Origin: Clostridiales bacterium
GTDB taxonomy: Bacteria; Bacillota; Clostridia; Oscillospirales; QAKW01
DNA length: 64,000 bases
Assembly: GCA_003343605.1 (NCBI GenBank)
Contig: QAKW01000071.1
Coordinates: 356-64,355 of the forward strand
Direction: 5' to 3'
In this document: positions 61,862 to 64,000 of the stretch, piece after piece
Layout: every line of letters begins with the position of its first letter
Position numbering within the stretch: the first letter of the stretch is position 1
Notes under the pieces: generated by a model
What the model saw: the letters and a program-made list of their open reading frames with translations, nothing else
Database searches by the model: none
What the model was told of the DNA's origin: nothing
Program-made: the position numbers and the translations under genes

Positions 61862-62699
61862 ATATAAAACGGATGGTGCGCCGGATATACCAGGCCTTAT
61901 TCTGATTTTGCAGCGCTTTGATCTTTACAAGAATGTTGCCGTGCTGGGTCGGCACCTCGGCAAAGGCGTTTTTTTCATCCATGGAAATAAAAGGGCCGGT
62001 CGTCAGCAGCTCGCCGCAGATCGGGCATCTGAATTTTTTCAGCTTCGGATCTGCAAACGCTTTCTCGCGTGAGCGGTATGGCCGAAAATTTTCCTTCTGG
62101 CTGTGCATGCTGTTCCATAAGATTCCGTTGAGCTCGGCATAGTTTTGGATGCCTTCCGCCAGATTCAGGCGCTTGGCCACCTGCGCGGTGTAAATGGCGT
62201 CGTTAAATGCATTGTGCGCCTTCAGCACGGGCTCGATCTGGAATGTTTCCATGGCGGCCTCCAGGGAAAACTGACGGTTTTCATGCGAAACCTGGTGATT
62301 GTAAATGCCCTGAAGATTCAAACAGGGCGGGAGCCAATCCTCTTCCAGATCGTGCATCAGCAGATTATCCTTCAGGATCTGAATATCATCGTACCCCCAG
62401 GATAAAAGCAGGCAATCGGATCCGCACCAATTGCGGAATACCCGGATGGCCTCTTTGAATTTTTTTTGCTTTGCCAGGTCGTTTTGATGGATCCCCGTCA
62501 TTTTTTTGATCCGGTAGTGGAGCTTGCGGTAAAAAGTCGGCGCAATCAGCAGATTGAGGCAATCTACTGCCCGGAGATTTATATTCAGCTTAATCGCGCC
62601 AATCTGAATAATTTCGCCGGCCAGATAAATGGGGGAGACAATCGCGGTTTCTTTTGAGAACGGCTGGTTCCACTCCATGTCAAAAATAATATAATTCAT
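61860..62699 (-). CDS. DEDDh 3-prime-5-prime exonuclease domain protein with a C-terminal Cys-containing extension
   Basis: IIFDMEWNQ (Exo I), WGYDD (Exo II) and HNAFNDAIYTA (Exo III, H-x4-D). The C-terminal region contains a CPICG motif. Confidence 0.75.
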   Translation of the reverse strand: MNYIIFDMEWNQPFSKETAIVSPIYLAGEIIQIGAIKLNINLRAVDCLNLLIAPTFYRKLHYRIKKMTGIHQNDLAKQKKFKEAIRVFRNWCGSDCLLLSWGYDDIQILKDNLLMHDLEEDWLPPCLNLQGIYNHQVSHENRQFSLEAAMETFQIEPVLKAHNAFNDAIYTAQVAKRLNLAEGIQNYAELNGILWNSMHSQKENFRPYRSREKAFADPKLKKFRCPICGELLTTGPFISMDEKNAFAEVPTQHGNILVKIKALQNQNKAWYIRRTIRFI

Positions 62700-62761
62700 T
62701 CCATACTCCCGCACGTTGATTTACAATTATTTTACCCCTTTTAATATAGAAAGTCAATAAT

Positions 62762-62792
62762 AAACGCCCGCTCCTGATCAGGAGCGGGCGTT
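62762..62792 (-). terminator. intrinsic terminator after the mgtC-like genes
   Basis: AAACGCCCGCTCC-tgatca-GGAGCGGGCGTTT followed on the minus strand by ATTATTG. Confidence 0.65.
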
Positions 62793-62795
62793 TGC

Positions 62796-63524
62796 TCAGA
62801 CGCTGAGTGATTTGATTTCTGGATGTTCATCCATGAATTTCATCACATCGGAAAACGGTATGGGATTTTTCAGCCGGACTGCCAGGATCAGGTTGAGCGT
62901 ATTATCGCCGCAGGTGGTGATACGGGAGTTGGTAATGGTGATTTCAAGCTCTTCTTGCTTCTGGCGGAGTACCGCGCGGATTTCCGGCGTATCCACCATG
63001 GTAATGCGGATCTCGCCATTGGAGTAGGCGTCGTTGCCCACGTTGAAACGGTGCATCAGCAGCTGAATGATCACAATAAGCACGGTAACAAAAATGGCGA
63101 TATAATACATGCCGCTTCCGCAGGCAAGCCCCACGGCCGCGGTAGCCCAGATCCCGGCCGCGGTTGTAAGCCCCTTTACCGTGTTGCCGTTTTTAAAAAT
63201 CACGCCCGCGCCCAAAAAGCTGATGCCGCTCACCACCTGCGCCGCGACCCGCGCGGGATCGGCGCCCCGGGTGCCGGCGAAGGTATGCCCCAGCGCATCG
63301 GTCATATCGGTAAACCCGTATTTGGAGATCACCATAATCAGCGCGGAAGCGCAGGCGATGATGCAGTGTGTGCGGATGCCGGCCTCTTTGGAGCGCTTGG
63401 TCCGCTCCAGGCCGATGATGGCGCCGCAGAAGGTGGCGATTACAACCCGGAGAATATAATCCACCGTGGGATAAGATTGAAAAAAGCCGGTTATTTCAGC
63501 AAAGAACGACGACATTGATTCCAT
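62796..63524 (-). CDS. MgtC/SapB family membrane protein with a C-terminal ACT-like domain
   Basis: GLERTKRSKEAGIRTHCIIACASA and ISFLGAGVIF motifs. Confidence 0.85.
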   Translation of the reverse strand: MESMSSFFAEITGFFQSYPTVDYILRVVIATFCGAIIGLERTKRSKEAGIRTHCIIACASALIMVISKYGFTDMTDALGHTFAGTRGADPARVAAQVVSGISFLGAGVIFKNGNTVKGLTTAAGIWATAAVGLACGSGMYYIAIFVTVLIVIIQLLMHRFNVGNDAYSNGEIRITMVDTPEIRAVLRQKQEELEITITNSRITTCGDNTLNLILAVRLKNPIPFSDVMKFMDEHPEIKSLSV

Positions 63525-63530
63525 ACTCCT

Positions 63531-64000
63531 TTATATCGATATTGCCTGAATTTCATCATATTCATTCAGAAGCGCCAGCGCCTCTTCATAATTAACGGTT
63601 TCCGTCATGCGCACCTGCAGGGTGAGCTCAATGCGCAGATCGTCTTTCCGGGTGTAGGTAGCGTTTAGAATCTGCACGCCGTATTGCTGCTGCTTGGCGC
63701 GCAGGATTTCCCGGATGTGCGGCGTATTTTGAAAGGTAAGCCGCAGCTCCCGGATGGTGTAAGACTTGCCGCCGATTTTCCAGCGGTGCATAAAAAACGG
63801 CAGAAACACGATGAGCGCCGCGGAAAATGCGGCAACGGCATACAGGCCGCTTCCGCAGGCGAGCCCTACCGCCGCAGTGGCCCAGATGCCGGTGGCGGTG
63901 GTCAGCCCGAAGATAGAACTATCCTTACTCTGAAAGATAATGCCGGCCCCTAAAAAGTTGATGCCGTTTACAACCTGGCAGGCAATCATGGTTGCATCTG
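63531..64000 (-). CDS. MgtC/SapB family protein, paralog; N-terminus lies beyond the right window edge
   Basis: Collinear with 62796-63524 (VVNGINFLGAGIIF...). The frame stays open upstream of the track Met, and the paralog alignment shows the true start is outside the window. Confidence 0.8.
   Translation of the reverse strand, partial: DATMIACQVVNGINFLGAGIIFQSKDSSIFGLTTATGIWATAAVGLACGSGLYAVAAFSAALIVFLPFFMHRWKIGGKSYTIRELRLTFQNTPHIREILRAKQQQYGVQILNATYTRKDDLRIELTLQVRMTETVNYEEALALLNEYDEIQAISI

Overview
GC-rich chromosomal segment of a spore-forming Firmicute (Clostridia-like; spoVT, spoIVB and a ytaF-like gene are present). A dockerin-bearing enzyme hints at a fibre-degrading Oscillospiraceae/Ruminococcaceae-type organism, but that is only inference. 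Most of the window is ordinary core genome: rsmA (partial), prmC, feoAB, recA-recX-rimO-pgsA, proS, yhaO/yhaN-like, Asp23/DAK2, pepD, fucI/fucA, radC and one tRNA-Ser(UGA). There are also envelope and glycan genes: two tandem LysM-G5-M23 peptidases, an O-antigen-ligase-like protein, GT4, two DUF4330 proteins, and GT2 plus YfhO. RNA and regulatory elements readable from the sequence are a cobalamin riboswitch (in front of a DUF4430 plus S-component-like pair), a THF riboswitch (in front of folT), a MerR-type 19-bp-spacer promoter, WalR-consensus direct repeats at both M23 peptidase promoters, an ECF-type promoter and an XRE-type palindromic operator. The clearest accessory element is a visibly more AT-rich type I-C CRISPR locus. 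It is reduced to a cas4 C-terminal stub, cas1, cas2 and a 7-repeat array, with no cas3/5/8c/7. I see no transposase, integrase, reverse transcriptase or toxin-antitoxin pair, and I cannot point to an unambiguous novel system. The candidates most worth follow-up are the stripped CRISPR adaptation module, a spoIVB-WYL regulator-SPL-like radical SAM-Dabb gene string, a metallophosphoesterase plus SMC-like ATPase pair whose coiled coil is interrupted by a transmembrane hairpin, an AraM/AraL-like glycerol-1-phosphate pair coupled to radC, and a 1200-aa dockerin protein with three unassigned N-terminal repeats and two SGNH domains. Many long ORFs in the track are antisense mirror-frame artefacts of GC-rich coding DNA and were rejected.
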